From assembly GCA_051362555.1 (NCBI GenBank), contig CM120640.1:3348001-3412000 (forward strand): 64,000 nucleotides of DNA. The letters are read 5' to 3'. Every line of letters begins with the position of its first letter. The stretch's first letter is position 1. Both the position numbers and the translations under genes were made by a program. This document shows positions 61,971 to 64,000 of the stretch, piece by piece. The notes under the pieces were generated by a model, which ran no database searches, had not been told where the DNA came from, and was given only the letters and a program-made list of their open reading frames with translations. The DNA is from Lingula anatina (taxonomy: Eukaryota; Animalia; Brachiopoda).

Positions 61971-64000
61971 ATGGACGAAAAACCGAAACCGGCAGTTGAA
62001 AGTAGCACGGAGGACATAAAAGACCTCTTTTACGTGTCCACGCTATTTCGTGTTGTGAAAACCGTGTTCCTCATTCTAACATGGGTCTGTCTGGTAAGTG
62101 TTGCAAACTTCTACAGTGTCGTCTATTTGCATCTGTAAATTTTTATCTTTTTTTTTCACTTCATTTGCACAATGGACACCATTCCAGGATCATTCTGGGA
62201 AAGGAAGAATGCGAAGCAATTCCATCTTGTTCTGCCTTCTCAGCATAAAAAATTTCAAAGAATCGACAGAGAGGAACAAGACCACGTAATTGTCATTGAC
62301 GCCAGAGCCGCCTGTGTCTAATTGATTTCAAATAGAATTGACCTCCTACCTCTGAAAAAAAATGCAAATCCTTTATTTTCAATCAATAAATACCGTAAAA
62401 TATATGTGTTCTAGGGTTTGTCACTGGAAATCTCGGGGCCGACCATGCAGGACCTCATTCTGCGCACTGGCACCAACTATGAGGAAGTGTCTCGTGCCAT
62501 ATCTGGACGCAGCGCGGGTTTCTTCACCGGGGCGGTGATCGGGGGGTTCCTGGTGGACAAACTGCGTCTGTACTGCGACCTGATGATCGGAGTTAGTTTG
62601 GTGATTATGTCAGCCGGGTCAGTGGCCGTACCATGGTCACCTTGGACAGGACTTATATGGTTCATATTTTTCCTGCAAGGAACGTGTGAAGGGGTCATCA
62701 ACATAGGTTAGTTAATTATCCATTATCCATGTTTCTCCACCCATTATGATAGCAAGGGCAAAGGGGTCGTTCTACTGATAAATATCACAAGTCTTATTGA
62801 GGATAGATTTTGAAGGTAGTTTCGTTAGTCGGTAAAAATTCTTCAAAAGTGTAATATGAGTACTACACAATATGGTCTGTCTTCTTTAAAAAGATGTTGT
62901 TGATCTACAATCATTGCTAAATTGTTTGCCTTAATTTGGATATTATTATGCGTTGTGTTAGAGTGCCTTGTTGTATATTCTTTGGCACTTAGTCTTAGTT
63001 CTCTAACCTTGGTTTTGGTAGTTCCCAAGGGCCATGGAATGGTAAAGGTTTTTTCTTTCTCTTAAAAGAGATTGCAAATTTTATCAAGGTTGGGAGTATA
63101 ATTTAGTCATGTCATTTGCACATTGTCATTTTGTTTCTTTGCAGCGGGACAAAAACTGATTTTATCCATCTGGGGAAAGAACGCTGCCTCCCCACTCCAC
63201 GTGTTACACACGGGCTTTGGCGTCGGCTCGATGATCGTTCCCCTGATCGCCAACCCATTCCTTGCCAACATACAGACAACAACCCTCACAAATACTTCAA
63301 TGAACATAACGTCTGTGTTTACCACCGCCCTGCCCCCTACACTTTCAAGTTTGGAATACACGACAGACGCCACAATCTCGACTACGATAACTCGCGTCCT
63401 AAGGGAATCCCGGATTGAATATGCCTACTTAATCGTTGCCATCCTCGTCACTACTCTCTCCCTTGCCTTCTTCGTGTACCAGTGGAAATATTCCGAGTAT
63501 GTCCTCCATCCTGCTGACCACGAAACTGAAAGTAAGAAGAGAGTTCATGGAGTCAAAGAATTTATCCGCATCATCAATCCGGCCACCTGCGCCGATGGTA
63601 ACTTTTGTTTTGGGCTCCAAATGTTCATACTGTTATCTCTTCATTTTTTCAATGCGGTAGGCGGGGAAAGACTGTACGGTAAGTTCATCCGATCCTATGC
63701 CATAGATCAGCTCAACTTCTCAGGGGACGAAGCAAGCTACTTAAATGTAGTTTTCTGGATCAGCTTCTCTGTTGGCCGCTTCTCCGGGTTCATCGTAGCC
63801 CACTGGGTCCCTGTCCGCTTTTTGATCATTATAGAGGCAGCCGGCGTCTTAATTTCGGCAATCCTGTTGAATATATGGGGGCATACCGAGCCCCTCATGC
63901 TTTGGATCTTCACCCAACCAATGGCGTTCTTCATCGCACCTCTGTTTCCCTCAGGTATTGCATTGGGTGACCATTACGTAGAAATGAGCGGCCTGGCCAT
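61971..64000 (+). CDS. Major facilitator superfamily transporter, MFSD4 / sodium-dependent glucose transporter 1 (NaGLT1)-like, 5' part
   Basis: Exons 61971-62093 (..VKTVFLILTWVCL), 62415-62706 (GLSLEISGPTMQDL..GGFLVDK), 63145->64000 (LILSIWGKNAASPLHVLHTGFGVGSMIVPLIANPFL..SFSVGRFSG..APLFPSGI); multiple TM segments and family motifs; open at the window edge. Confidence 0.88.

Noticed and set aside
1-64000. tRNA, rRNA, snRNA or snoRNA genes
   Set aside because: None recognised by eye; intronic snoRNAs or miRNAs cannot be excluded without an Infernal/Rfam search.

Overview
AT-rich eukaryotic genomic DNA with GT-AG introns; the gene content and repeat families suggest a lophotrochozoan, probably mollusc-like invertebrate (inference). 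I reconstructed six spliced genes by hand: the 5' part of a VPS10-domain receptor (SorCS-like, minus, runs off the left edge); a complete delta-1-pyrroline-5-carboxylate synthase (ALDH18A1/P5CS, plus); a carboxylesterase ending in KTEL nested antisense in a P5CS intron; a ~32.6-kb HSPA12-family gene (minus, convergent with P5CS); a sorbitol-dehydrogenase-like MDR gene (minus); and the 5' part of an MFSD4/NaGLT1-like transporter (plus, head-to-head with the dehydrogenase). Introns carry MITEs, Helitron/Helentron-like elements with a 146-bp tandem core, and mini/microsatellites. The strongest unexplained signal is a pair of homologous, equal-length (108 nt), same-phase exons in the glutamate-kinase domain of P5CS that look mutually exclusive, with a candidate long-range RNA pairing around the second. 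Also notable: five nuclear-receptor half-sites in the SorCS/P5CS divergent promoter, a palindromic bidirectional poly(A) signal between P5CS and HSPA12, and candidate alternative exons in HSPA12. All coordinates are hand-read and no database search was run.
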